Positions 8,226 through 17,944 of a stretch of DNA of 64,000 nt are shown here, piece by piece; the first letter of the stretch is position 1; each line of letters begins with the position of its first letter. The position numbers and the translations under genes were made by a program. Location: assembly GCA_039028615.1 (NCBI GenBank), contig JBCCHT010000001.1:352001-416000 (forward strand), written 5' to 3'. Below the pieces are notes generated by a model. That model had not been told where the DNA came from. It made no database searches and saw only the letters and a program-made list of their open reading frames with translations. Origin of the DNA: Myxococcota bacterium (lineage in GTDB: Bacteria > Myxococcota_A > Polyangia > Nannocystales > Nannocystaceae).

Positions 8226-8888
8226 TTAGTTTCCGTCCTTCGCCATCGCCTCGGCAAGCAGCTCTCGCTGCCTCGCCTGGACTTGGTTGAGCGCGACGAG
8301 TTCGAGCGTTCGTTTGGCAACGAGCACTCCGCGTTCGCCCTGGCTCGCACAATAGCGCTTCTGTTGGTTCGTAAGCGGCAGGCCATTAAGAGCCAACCGA
8401 GAGACAGCGTCGAGCAACTCGGTTTCGAGCAAGCTCTCGTACGATACCAATTCACGCCGTAGGTGTGCCGGGGGATCCCCTTCGCCGCGATACGCATCGA
8501 CATCGAAGCAGTTCCTCGCTTCCCCGCTCTGAAATACCTGGACTCGATAGCGAACCCGTCCGCCGTCCGGTACGAGTTTGAAATCGGCCAAGTGCGTCCA
8601 GCCATCGTCGTCGCGCTCCGTCGGTACGAGCACGAACCCAGACACCGCATACTCGTCCTTTCCCGGCAATGCGGGCGTAACCCTCACAGAGAGAGTAGCG
8701 TCGCCCCCTCGAACGTAGACCATGGGAACGACGCGGAACCCGGGCTCCACGTTGCCTAAATCTTCGGGGACCACTACGGAGCCTTCCTTCTCACACGCGA
8801 CCGAGGTCCACTTCCCCGCCTCATCGAGACACCAAAGGGCGCCGGCTTCCGCGTCGTACAGATGCCGAACGATAGCAAGGTCGCTCAC
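8226..8888 (-). CDS. Hypothetical protein
   Basis: 220-aa ORF, 4-nt overlap with upstream gene, ggagg RBS, lower GC. Confidence 0.65.
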   Translation of the reverse strand: MSDLAIVRHLYDAEAGALWCLDEAGKWTSVACEKEGSVVVPEDLGNVEPGFRVVPMVYVRGGDATLSVRVTPALPGKDEYAVSGFVLVPTERDDDGWTHLADFKLVPDGGRVRYRVQVFQSGEARNCFDVDAYRGEGDPPAHLRRELVSYESLLETELLDAVSRLALNGLPLTNQQKRYCASQGERGVLVAKRTLELVALNQVQARQRELLAEAMAKDGN

Positions 8889-9538
8889 AGCGCACCTCCA
8901 AAATCTGCCATCCTCGACAGATTGCCGAGAACTCTATCTCCATCGCGACCTAATATCCTAAGGCGCCTAGCCAACAGATTTCCCGCCGGCTCCGGCGTTG
9001 CAGCAACGCGAAAATCCTCACCGACCCCCCCGGTGTCGGGCTCCACGACGGGCTCGGGCTCTTCCTCAATTAGAGTCCCCGGCAAACCCGCATGTGCATT
9101 TGACGAAGTCTCACGCAGACCCAAGAGGTGCGGATCCGCGAACAGGTTCTCTACATTCGCGTTTTCACCCAGAGAGCCATCGGGAAGCCCCTCAATACTC
9201 TCGACCGAGCGAAAGAGAACCTCGAACGTCCGATCGCCGATCGCGATTCTCACCGAGACCCCCTCATCCACGAAGCTGACTTCGATGTTGCCAAGCGATG
9301 GTGGCATTGCTGCGCTCGACATGCTCCAGGCTGTCGCGAATTCGCTCGAGGTCATACCGGTTGCCGGTAGGAAAGCTAGGTCGACATTGCCTCCCGTGAG
9401 TGAGTTGGGTAGCGGCGCTGGAACGTCGACGCTATTGGTTTGCGTAGTAGAGAAGGGTTCAAACCCCTCCCCCATTTGACCGAGAATGAGCCCGTTTTCG
9501 TCTACGCCCACAAACAGATCGTATTTCAACATCACCAT
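8885..9538 (-). CDS. Hypothetical protein
   Basis: 217-aa ORF directly downstream of the kinase; low GC. Confidence 0.6.
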   Translation of the reverse strand: MVMLKYDLFVGVDENGLILGQMGEGFEPFSTTQTNSVDVPAPLPNSLTGGNVDLAFLPATGMTSSEFATAWSMSSAAMPPSLGNIEVSFVDEGVSVRIAIGDRTFEVLFRSVESIEGLPDGSLGENANVENLFADPHLLGLRETSSNAHAGLPGTLIEEEPEPVVEPDTGGVGEDFRVAATPEPAGNLLARRLRILGRDGDRVLGNLSRMADFGGAL

Positions 9539-9555
9539 CGCATCTCACCGAGTCC

Positions 9556-12228
9556 TTACTTTCTCTGAGGTTGTTTCGTCATCGCTCTCAAATTCTGGAG
9601 ACTCTGCATCCGCCCCGACTTCTCGAACCACGACGCTGCATGGTCGAGCTCGGAACGACACTCCGTCGCCCGACCCAACTCGAGGAGCACACGGCATCGG
9701 GCGCTCGTGTTGTAAGCCAAGTTAGCCTCGTTCCCCGGGCTCATCTCAAGTAGCAGTTCGTGCTCGCGCCCGAGCTGCACCAGTGCCTCTTCGTAGCGTC
9801 CTACGCCCATCAATGCGAACCCGTAGTAGCGCCGCATGGACTGCCGTGCCCCTCGCTGCTGTCGGTCATGGGGTAGTTCACGAAGTGCTGCCCCCGCTCT
9901 TTCGCAGTAAGGCAACGCCGACGCATAGTCCCCCTTTCGCACGACGATTTCGCACTGTCGCCCCAGTGAGAACGCAGCGATCCGTGAGAAACGAATATCC
10001 CCGACTTGTGGAACCGCGAGTTCCTCGACCTTTCGATACTGGGCCATTGCGGGCTCCAAACGACCCGATTTCAAATACACCCGCCCCAGGCGGAGTTCGT
10101 CATGAACAGTGCTCGAGTGTTTGGGTCCATAGGTCCGATGCCTCAGCTCCAGGTTGTGCAAATACGAAGCGATCGCGTCATCGTACCGTTTCAAGTCGCA
10201 TAGCGCCGCGGCGTGATTGGACCGTGCGATAAGGGCCGCCAAGCTCTGATGTCCCTGACGAACGGAGAGCAACTCGTAGGCCCTTTGGGCGTGCCCGGCC
10301 GCCGCCTCTAAGTTCCGAAGTCGGAACTCCAGGTTCGACATCGCGGAGTGGTACTGCCCGGCGACCTCGCTGTACACCGCCCCCGCCCGCTGGAGCTTGA
10401 CCCTCCCCATCTTCCCGTAGCGCACGGCATCGTCGAGCTCGCCCCACATCAAGGTCACAACATCGATCAGTTCGGCGTAGGCCTCGGCCGCCAGCAGGTC
10501 ATCCCCGAGACGCTCGGCGAGCAGTGCAGACTCCTCGAGATGTTTCACCGCCGCTTCGGGGTCGTTGAAGAGAATCTCGAGCTTGCCGATCGAGAACGAG
10601 ACCTGAGCTGCAACGACGACATCCGAGGCTTTCTCCGCCCGCCCCCGCAGCGCCCGCGCTCGCGTCAGCGCCCGCTCGTCATCGCCTTCGAGCTGCAGCC
10701 GCCGCACCGCTTCGAGTTCCTCGATGAGCTCCGCGCTGGCCGAGCCGAACACGGGCCGCCCTTGCGGAGCGACGCACAGCTGCGGCGGGTGCAGGTTCCC
10801 AAAGGCTCCCTCGAGACCCTCCGCAGACTCCCGGCTCCGCACCACCTCGGCCGTCGTGTTGAACTCTCTGGCCCCCTGCCCCAAGCATGCGAGCGCCTGA
10901 GTGTGAGCGGCTCCAACGCTCTCGCCTCGTTGGGCAGCGCGGCAAAGCCCCTCGACCGTCTGTGTCCACGATTCGCTGTACCGCGCAGCGTTGTCGTCGA
11001 CGATGCTCCACGGGCTGACGGAAACGGCCGCGGCGGACTCGGGGGCACGAGGCGTCCACGCCTCGGGCGACCACCGGATCGCTAGCTCCTGCCCGGGCTC
11101 CAAACACGGGTCGACGGGAACCTCGACTTCGATCTTCTGCGCGCTCGCCACGAACGCCCAGGTGATGGCCGCGAGACTCACCGCGCTCGCCGTCAACCAG
11201 GGCCACCATGGCCGACGCGGCGTCAACTGAGCGATGAGTTCGTCCATCGCCCCGAAGCGATCGGAGGGCTGCAACGACAGCCCGCGGACGAGCGCGGCGA
11301 AGACCCGCGCCGAGCCCTTGAAGTTGGCCGGGCGACTGCCGAGCCCCACCGCGACGCGCTGTTGGTACTCGTCCGCGTCGCGACTCGCACCGAAGGGCAG
11401 GGTCCCCGTCAGCGCCTCGAACAGCGCCACGCAAAAGGAGAACTGATCGCTCTTCGCGGTGGTCGCCTTGCCGCGTAGTTGCTCGGGCGCGCAGTAGCCG
11501 GGAGTCAGGCCGACCGTGGCGCTACCTTCAATGGTCATCCCCACCATACGCCTCGGAGCGGTGGTCACCTGATCCAAGGCTTCTTTGGCCGCCGAGTCCA
11601 TCTCCTCCGCCTGCGCGAGGGCCAAACCGAAGTCCGCGACCTTGACCTCTCCCTCGCGACCGAGCAACACGTTGTGGGGCTTGAAGTCACGATGCACGAT
11701 GCCTTCGCGATGTGCCGCACCGAGGCCTCGCGCCGCATCGACGTATCGGGTGACGATCTCGTCGGCGCTCCGCTCGACCTTCCGCTGCCATTGCATGAAC
11801 GTCGAGCCTTCGACGTACTCCATGACCACGAAGGCCTGCGATCCGCCCATGCCCAGATCCACATCGTGGACCTGCACCACGTTCGGATGGGAGAGACGGG
11901 CGAGCGCAACCCCCTCTCGCACGAGGCGACGGCGCTGGCGAGGACTGGGCACGTTGACGATCTTCAGAGCGACCTGCCGCTCGAGCCAAGTATCCCGTGC
12001 CTCGAGTACGGTCCCCATCGCTCCGCGACCAGCGTGCCGAACGACCTCGTACCGATCGAGAAAGCGTTGCGGCGCCCCCTCCGTGGTGACTTCCTCACCG
12101 TGGACCTGTCGCTGCACCGCGGCCTGGACCTGCTCGAGCGCAAGCAGATCTGCCGCGTGATGCGGTAGTTCGCAGCCACGCGCGTCCGCGGAAGCCGGCT
12201 CCGACTCCCAAGTTGATTCGGTATTCAT
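9556..12228 (-). CDS. Ser/Thr protein kinase with TM helix and TPR domain
   Basis: GRGAMGTV, VALK, HRDFKPHN, DFG, APE; TM WWPWLTASAVSLAAITWAFVA; TPRs. Confidence 0.92.
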   Translation of the reverse strand: MNTESTWESEPASADARGCELPHHAADLLALEQVQAAVQRQVHGEEVTTEGAPQRFLDRYEVVRHAGRGAMGTVLEARDTWLERQVALKIVNVPSPRQRRRLVREGVALARLSHPNVVQVHDVDLGMGGSQAFVVMEYVEGSTFMQWQRKVERSADEIVTRYVDAARGLGAAHREGIVHRDFKPHNVLLGREGEVKVADFGLALAQAEEMDSAAKEALDQVTTAPRRMVGMTIEGSATVGLTPGYCAPEQLRGKATTAKSDQFSFCVALFEALTGTLPFGASRDADEYQQRVAVGLGSRPANFKGSARVFAALVRGLSLQPSDRFGAMDELIAQLTPRRPWWPWLTASAVSLAAITWAFVASAQKIEVEVPVDPCLEPGQELAIRWSPEAWTPRAPESAAAVSVSPWSIVDDNAARYSESWTQTVEGLCRAAQRGESVGAAHTQALACLGQGAREFNTTAEVVRSRESAEGLEGAFGNLHPPQLCVAPQGRPVFGSASAELIEELEAVRRLQLEGDDERALTRARALRGRAEKASDVVVAAQVSFSIGKLEILFNDPEAAVKHLEESALLAERLGDDLLAAEAYAELIDVVTLMWGELDDAVRYGKMGRVKLQRAGAVYSEVAGQYHSAMSNLEFRLRNLEAAAGHAQRAYELLSVRQGHQSLAALIARSNHAAALCDLKRYDDAIASYLHNLELRHRTYGPKHSSTVHDELRLGRVYLKSGRLEPAMAQYRKVEELAVPQVGDIRFSRIAAFSLGRQCEIVVRKGDYASALPYCERAGAALRELPHDRQQRGARQSMRRYYGFALMGVGRYEEALVQLGREHELLLEMSPGNEANLAYNTSARCRVLLELGRATECRSELDHAASWFEKSGRMQSLQNLRAMTKQPQRK

Positions 12229-12242
12229 CAGAGGGTCTCAGG

Positions 12243-12914
12243 TCAAAGAAGTCGACGTGCCATGGTCGACAACAACTCGGCTAGCTCGTCGTCGCTGGCA
12301 ATTTCCCGACGCTTGGACGTCTCGCGCTCGCTGACGTTGCCGTAGGCGACCACGAGCTTCTTCTTGGCCATGCGAAGACGACTGGAAATGGTGCCCAAAG
12401 GCGCCCCCATGGCATCAGCAACCTCTTCTTGGCGCATGCCCTGCCAATACTTGAGCTGAATGACAGTCTGCTGGTCGATGGAAAGCTCGTCCATGGCTAG
12501 CAGCAAGATGTCGACGTGTTCCTGCATCTTGATCAAGGTGGAGGGGCCGGGGGAGAGGTCGGCCAGGGGTACGGATGCGATGTCTTCGACATCGCAGAAC
12601 GCCGATTTCCGCCGATAGAACCCGACCAGCATGTAACGAGCAATGCCGAATAGATAGGCGGCGAAACTTGCGACGTGGTCGAGGCCACGCCCTCGTCGTT
12701 GCTCCGCACACGCGACATAGGTCGCTTGCACGAGGTCTTGGACGTCGTGCTCGGAGGAGAGCTTGGACCGAAAATATCTCTGCAATGGTAGGAAGTGTCG
12801 CTTCATCAGCACATTGCCCGCCACGACGTCACCATTGCGCCACAGTGACAGCAACTCCTCGTCAGCAAGGGCCGTCTGTGCCTCCCCTCTTCCCATGTTC
12901 ACCGCCGATACCAC
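12243..12914 (-). CDS. ECF sigma factor (kinase-associated)
   Basis: DVQDLVQATY, SFAAYLFGIARY, EVADAMGAPLGTISSRLRMAK. Confidence 0.9.
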   Translation of the reverse strand: MVSAVNMGRGEAQTALADEELLSLWRNGDVVAGNVLMKRHFLPLQRYFRSKLSSEHDVQDLVQATYVACAEQRRGRGLDHVASFAAYLFGIARYMLVGFYRRKSAFCDVEDIASVPLADLSPGPSTLIKMQEHVDILLLAMDELSIDQQTVIQLKYWQGMRQEEVADAMGAPLGTISSRLRMAKKKLVVAYGNVSERETSKRREIASDDELAELLSTMARRLL

Positions 12915-13147
12915 GCGAGCAGGCTAGCATGATGGTCATCGACCGCTCGATCGTGAACATCGTTCGTCGTGAAGTTTATGCGAAATAAAAATTTGTCAGA
13001 CAGGACTACGCGGCGGCGTACATGCCACGCAGACCAATGTCGAAAGAGACACCAACTGCACTCGCGCCGACGATGGTTCGGGCGAGAGCCTCCGGTCGAC
13101 CCGGGACAGCCGAATCGACCGGAGTCAGTGCGACGTTGCGTCACACG

Positions 13148-13552
13148 CTACGAAATGGGCATGAACTCGAGCCATACCAACCTCGCCTCGATCCACTGCC
13201 AATCGGGACCCGAGGCCTGATCGTACTCGTAGCTGTATCCGTCTTCCATGCGGACGTCGGAGATGACGAGGTCGGCGGTCTCGCCCGAGTCGAGCCAGAC
13301 GGTGACCAGCAGATCACCCTCGAAGGGCTCGGACTCCACGTAGTGGACCCCGATACGGGCTTCGTCGGTGTTGTTGGCGTTCGAGGTCTCGACCGTACGT
13401 ACACCACACGTGGTGCAGATGGGGTCGGGATACTCGGGGTCGTCGTCCGGGCCGACGACCTCGGTGGGAATGGGGTCCGACGCTTGGGCAGTGCCCGGCG
13501 TCATGAGACCGAGGGGCAGCATCAGCAGCCCCGCAAGGGACTTCAGTTCCAT
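13148..13552 (-). CDS. Small secreted protein
   Basis: Signal peptide MELKSLAGLLMLPLGLMTPGTAQA; CTTC motif. Confidence 0.7.
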   Translation of the reverse strand: MELKSLAGLLMLPLGLMTPGTAQASDPIPTEVVGPDDDPEYPDPICTTCGVRTVETSNANNTDEARIGVHYVESEPFEGDLLVTVWLDSGETADLVISDVRMEDGYSYEYDQASGPDWQWIEARLVWLEFMPIS

Positions 13553-13767
13553 CGCGATGTTCCAGTCGATGCGCAAACGGGAAGACCCGGGGGCCATCGA
13601 TGCGCAGGTCGACGAACCGGGTGGAAGCCGAGCAACGTGACTTCCACTCGGTTAGTGGGCAGGGCGCGGAAACAATTTGATCTCGGGATGACTTTCGTCG
13701 GGCGCGGCCGAGGCTCGATGTGTCATCCTCGGCCAGCGAGTTCACGACCCGCGCCGCGCCCCCAACG

Positions 13768-14523
13768 ATGACCAAGCGAACGCAGCCACGAAGCTGGGTG
13801 GAGCTTCCCCCCAAGACCATCGAGCGCGCACTCGATGGCGATCGAGCCGCATTCGAGGAGGTCTACACGCACTACTCGGGCATCGTCCGGGGTGCGGTCG
13901 CGTCCCGGATTCGCCGCTGGCCATCACTCTCGTCTCAGATGGAAGACATCCTGAGCGACATCTGGGTGCAGCTGCTCGCCGACGACCGCAAGGTCCTGCG
14001 CTACTACGATCCCGACCGCGGACCCTTCGGCTACTTCATCCGGCTCGTCGCGGCTACCAAGGTCTCCACCGTCTTGCGTCGGCAGGCTCGTCGAAGCGGA
14101 GCCGCAGCCACGATCGTCGATCTTCCCGTGGAATACGACGAAGAGATCGAGCGAGTGCTGATGCAGCGCGACTTCATCGAAGCGCTATGGGCCGAGGCCC
14201 AAACCACGCTCAAGGACGTCGACCAACAGCTGCTCACCCAAGTGCTCGTGCTCGGGCGGGAGACCAAGGAAGTCGCGGCCGAGCTCGGGCTCAAGCGAGA
14301 CGCCGCGTACCAGCGCATCAACCGACTTCGGCGTCGCCTCACGCAGATCGCTGAGCGGCTGCTGGCCGACGGCAGTGGCACCCGACGCTCGAGCCCCGAC
14401 TTCGCGGCGGCCGTGCTGATGCAGGCGCTCGTGGTCCTACCCACCCTCACCCTCGGCGCCCCTGGATCCACTGTCGGACGTTGTTTTAATCCCGACGTCA
14501 GCTCCGTGTCCCCGAAGGGCTAA
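13768..14523 (+). CDS. ECF sigma factor
   Basis: GDRAAFEEVY, EDILSDIWVQL, YDPDRGPF, KEVAAELGLKRDAAYQRINRLR. Confidence 0.88.
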   Translation: MTKRTQPRSWVELPPKTIERALDGDRAAFEEVYTHYSGIVRGAVASRIRRWPSLSSQMEDILSDIWVQLLADDRKVLRYYDPDRGPFGYFIRLVAATKVSTVLRRQARRSGAAATIVDLPVEYDEEIERVLMQRDFIEALWAEAQTTLKDVDQQLLTQVLVLGRETKEVAAELGLKRDAAYQRINRLRRRLTQIAERLLADGSGTRRSSPDFAAAVLMQALVVLPTLTLGAPGSTVGRCFNPDVSSVSPKG

Positions 14524-14532
14524 ATACGATCG

Positions 14533-15282
14533 ATGGTGCCCACCGACATTCTCGACGTCCTGGCCGCTCGCCAGACCTTGGCCACGACGCCGCGCGCGTG
14601 GTTCGATGCGGCCGAAGGGGAGATATCGATCGAGCGCGCCAGGGAGCTGGTGGCCGACCGGGAAGACCCTGCGCTCATCGAGCGCTCCGCGGCCCTGTTT
14701 CGCCCGGGAGACCCTCGGATCGAGCAACGACGGCTGCGCATGCTCGTGGGCGAGCACTTCCCCGTCCGTCGTCGTTCGTGGCGACAGCCGCTGCTCATCG
14801 GCGTGAGCCTGGCCGCCGCGCTGCTGTTGGTGCTGAACCTCGGCGATCCAGCCTCACGGGGCCCCGGCTCCGTCGCGTTGGCGCAGTACTCCATCGAGCT
14901 CGAACGCAGCGCCAAGACCCTGCGCGGGGACGAGCCCCCGTCCGTCGCGGTCTTTTTCGCCGACCGTCGGCTCCGAGCCACGCTGCGCCCGTGGACCGCA
15001 ATCACGACCCCCGTCGAAGCGGCGGCGTACGTCTGCGAGGCCGACGGCAGCCTGCGCCCCCTTCCCCTCCAGCCGCGAGCCTCCCACGACGGGGTGATCG
15101 TGGTCGACGACGCGATCGCCGATCTCGGCCTCGGGCTCGGGCTGGTCGATCTGGTGTTCGTCGTCGGCCCTCGCGGCGAGCTCCCCGTCCCCGAAGACTG
15201 CCGCGGCGACGCCCTGTTGCCCTCCCAAGACCATGCTCGAACGATTCGCACCCGCATCGAGATCCAGCCGCCGCCGGGCTAG
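14533..15282 (+). CDS. Putative anti-sigma-like membrane protein
   Basis: Directly after the ECF gene; single TM LLIGVSLAAALLLVL. Confidence 0.6.
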   Translation: MVPTDILDVLAARQTLATTPRAWFDAAEGEISIERARELVADREDPALIERSAALFRPGDPRIEQRRLRMLVGEHFPVRRRSWRQPLLIGVSLAAALLLVLNLGDPASRGPGSVALAQYSIELERSAKTLRGDEPPSVAVFFADRRLRATLRPWTAITTPVEAAAYVCEADGSLRPLPLQPRASHDGVIVVDDAIADLGLGLGLVDLVFVVGPRGELPVPEDCRGDALLPSQDHARTIRTRIEIQPPPG

Positions 15283-17944
15283 CGCTGCGCTGGTCTGCGC
15301 GCTCGTAGCGAGCTGCAGCGGGGCCGAGAGCCCCGAGGCGGGGCCGCGCGCGGTCGACTCGCTCGAAGTCGACTATGGGCACTGCCTGGCCGTTCGCCAC
15401 GCCGAGGTTCCCACCTGCGTGCTCGAGAGCGACTCGCTGCGCCTGTGGCTGCGTCACCCCGATGCGGAGCATGCCACCGTCTACGTCGATGGCGTCGACA
15501 TCGAGCCCTCTCAGTTTCGTCACGAAGAACTCGTGGGTCTGGGCCTTCGGCTCACCCTCCCGGAGTCCGCTCGACACCTCAAGGTCGAAATCGACACCGC
15601 CAGCGGTGCACCCACGGCGTGGGAGCTCGAGCTGTCGCACGACGACCCGAACCCGTTGTTCGCCTCCGTCCGCACCGCCATCGACAAAGACCTCCAAAAG
15701 GGCGACACCGCGGCGGCCATCGCTCGACTCGACGACGTTCGCATCGCCTACCCCAACACCACCGAGACGCTCGATGTCGCGTTCGCGGCCGTGTTCTGGC
15801 TGGCCCGCGACGTCAATGCTCTCCCCCTGGCCGAGACCCTCCTCGACGACTACGCCCCGCTCGCCCGAAAGTCGCCCCAGGGGCGCGCGGAGCTGGCCAT
15901 CAATCGCGGCCTGCTGCACTGGTATCGCGGACGCCTCGACCAGGCCGCCATGGCCTACCGCGAGGCGGCTCAATACGCGCTCCGCTCCGAGGACTCGTAC
16001 CGCCAGATGGCCACGATTCCGATGTACGCCGACATGCTGGCGGAGCTCGGCTATCTCGGCGCAGCGATGCACTGGGTTCGACACACCGAGCGTCGGCTCG
16101 ACAAAGGCTCCAATTCGCCGGAGGTCATCGGGTCCGTGTCCCGCACCTTGGGCTGGATCGGCCTGCTCCTGAACGCCGCCGGTCGCGACGAGTCCGATCC
16201 CGGGCCCCACCTGTACGAAGCACTCGAGATCTTCGGTCCACGGGGCGCGGCACCCCGGCCCAAGAAAGTCGGCGGCGTGCGACTGGGGCTCGCCCGGCTC
16301 GCGCTCGATCGAGCTCGGCCTGGCGAAGCGCTCGCGCAGCTGGAGCAGATCGACCCCAAGAAGATCACGCCCGACGAGTACTCCCACGCCGTCGAGCTCG
16401 AGATTCGGGCGCGGCTCGAAGGCGGCGAGAGCACGCCCGAAATCGAGGCGCTCATCGAAGAATACGAAGACATCGCCTCTCGCTCGCATACCCCTCAGGT
16501 CGCGTGGACGGCCGCCGTCATCCGGGGGCGCCTCGCGGAAGTGGAAGGTCGGGTCGACGACGCGATCGAGCACTATCGCGACGCCGAAGCGCTGCGGGAC
16601 GAGGTCCTCACCCTCACTGTGTTCGGGGCGGGACGAAGCAATGCCGGCGCGCTCGATCCAGAAGCCACGGAGCGCTTGGTCACCCTGCTGCTCGATCGGG
16701 GCCGAGCCGAGGAAGCCCTGTGCACCGCCCGACTCGCCCAGGCGCGCACGGTGCAGACCCTCGTCATGCCCAGCTCGCTCAGCCGAGGCGAGCGGCGCGA
16801 CATCGAGGAGCAGACCCTCGCCTATATCGGGTTGGGCCAGCAGATCCACGACCTGGAGCGCTCCGGCCGTGAGCGCTCCGGCGAGCGGCTCGAGCGAGTG
16901 CGGCGAGAAGCGACCCAGCTGCGCCGAGAGCTCCAGCGCCAGGCCACCGCGCTCACGCTCGCGCGCGCCCAGCTCTCCGGTGGCCTCGAGTGCAGCGACC
17001 TGACGCCGCGGCAGCCGGGCGAGCTCATCGTGGCTCTTTATCCGCAGGGCCCCGACTGGGTGATGTTCGTGCTCGACGACGGCGCGCTGACGGTCCACCC
17101 GCTGGCCACCTCCGGGCGACTGTCGTCGCTGCCCACCGAACAACAGGCTGCGCTGCTCGTCGATCCCATCGCCGACCGTCTGCGAGCCGCCTCCCGGGTC
17201 CGCGTGCTCGCCACGGGCGATGCCAACCACGTCGACGTGCATGCGCTAGGGCTCGACGGCCAGCCCCTGGTCGCTCGCCTCCCCGTGCACTACGCAGCCG
17301 AGCTGCCCTCGAGCACGGCGTCCTCCGCTGTGTCCTCCGATCGACGACACGCGCTGCTGCTGGCCGATCCCACGCGCTCGCTGTGGGCGGCATCGAGCGA
17401 GGTTCGCACCGCGGGCGGGCTGCTGAGCGAAGCGGGGTGGTCGACCTCGCAGCCGAGCGACCCGGGCTCGCTCCTGCAGGTCATCGAAGAGCTCGAGACG
17501 GCCGACCTGTTCCACCACGCCGGACATGCGGACGCCGCCACCCCGACGAACGTGGCGAGCCTGTGGCCTCCCTACCAAGGAGGTGCGCCCGGCTGGCCCT
17601 CGTATCTGCAGCTCGAGCCCCCCGTACAGCTCGCGGTGCACGAGATCCTGCTGCTGTCCCACGCACCCCGCCACGTGGTGCTCAACGCGTGCCGTAGCGG
17701 GGTCGTCGACGTGCAGCACGCGGGCACGAGCCTCGCATTGGCGTTCCTGGCCGCGGGCAGCGAACAGGTCTTGGCCTCGCCCGAAGCCACCGAAGACCTG
17801 CTCGACGCCGAGCTCGGGCAGCGGCTGTACGAAGGCCTGACTCCCGGCGAGCCCCTCGACCTCGCCGTCCAGCTGCACCGGCTCATGGCACGACGCGTCG
17901 CGGCGGGCGACAGTGTGGGGCGACTACGGGTCTGGAGCCGTTGA
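15233..17944 (+). CDS. TPR + CHAT (caspase-like) protease, lipoprotein-like N-terminus
   Basis: Catalytic motifs FHHAGHA and VVLNACRSG; LALAFLAAGSEQV; LVASC. Confidence 0.85.
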   Translation: MLERFAPASRSSRRRASAALVCALVASCSGAESPEAGPRAVDSLEVDYGHCLAVRHAEVPTCVLESDSLRLWLRHPDAEHATVYVDGVDIEPSQFRHEELVGLGLRLTLPESARHLKVEIDTASGAPTAWELELSHDDPNPLFASVRTAIDKDLQKGDTAAAIARLDDVRIAYPNTTETLDVAFAAVFWLARDVNALPLAETLLDDYAPLARKSPQGRAELAINRGLLHWYRGRLDQAAMAYREAAQYALRSEDSYRQMATIPMYADMLAELGYLGAAMHWVRHTERRLDKGSNSPEVIGSVSRTLGWIGLLLNAAGRDESDPGPHLYEALEIFGPRGAAPRPKKVGGVRLGLARLALDRARPGEALAQLEQIDPKKITPDEYSHAVELEIRARLEGGESTPEIEALIEEYEDIASRSHTPQVAWTAAVIRGRLAEVEGRVDDAIEHYRDAEALRDEVLTLTVFGAGRSNAGALDPEATERLVTLLLDRGRAEEALCTARLAQARTVQTLVMPSSLSRGERRDIEEQTLAYIGLGQQIHDLERSGRERSGERLERVRREATQLRRELQRQATALTLARAQLSGGLECSDLTPRQPGELIVALYPQGPDWVMFVLDDGALTVHPLATSGRLSSLPTEQQAALLVDPIADRLRAASRVRVLATGDANHVDVHALGLDGQPLVARLPVHYAAELPSSTASSAVSSDRRHALLLADPTRSLWAASSEVRTAGGLLSEAGWSTSQPSDPGSLLQVIEELETADLFHHAGHADAATPTNVASLWPPYQGGAPGWPSYLQLEPPVQLAVHEILLLSHAPRHVVLNACRSGVVDVQHAGTSLALAFLAAGSEQVLASPEATEDLLDAELGQRLYEGLTPGEPLDLAVQLHRLMARRVAAGDSVGRLRVWSR

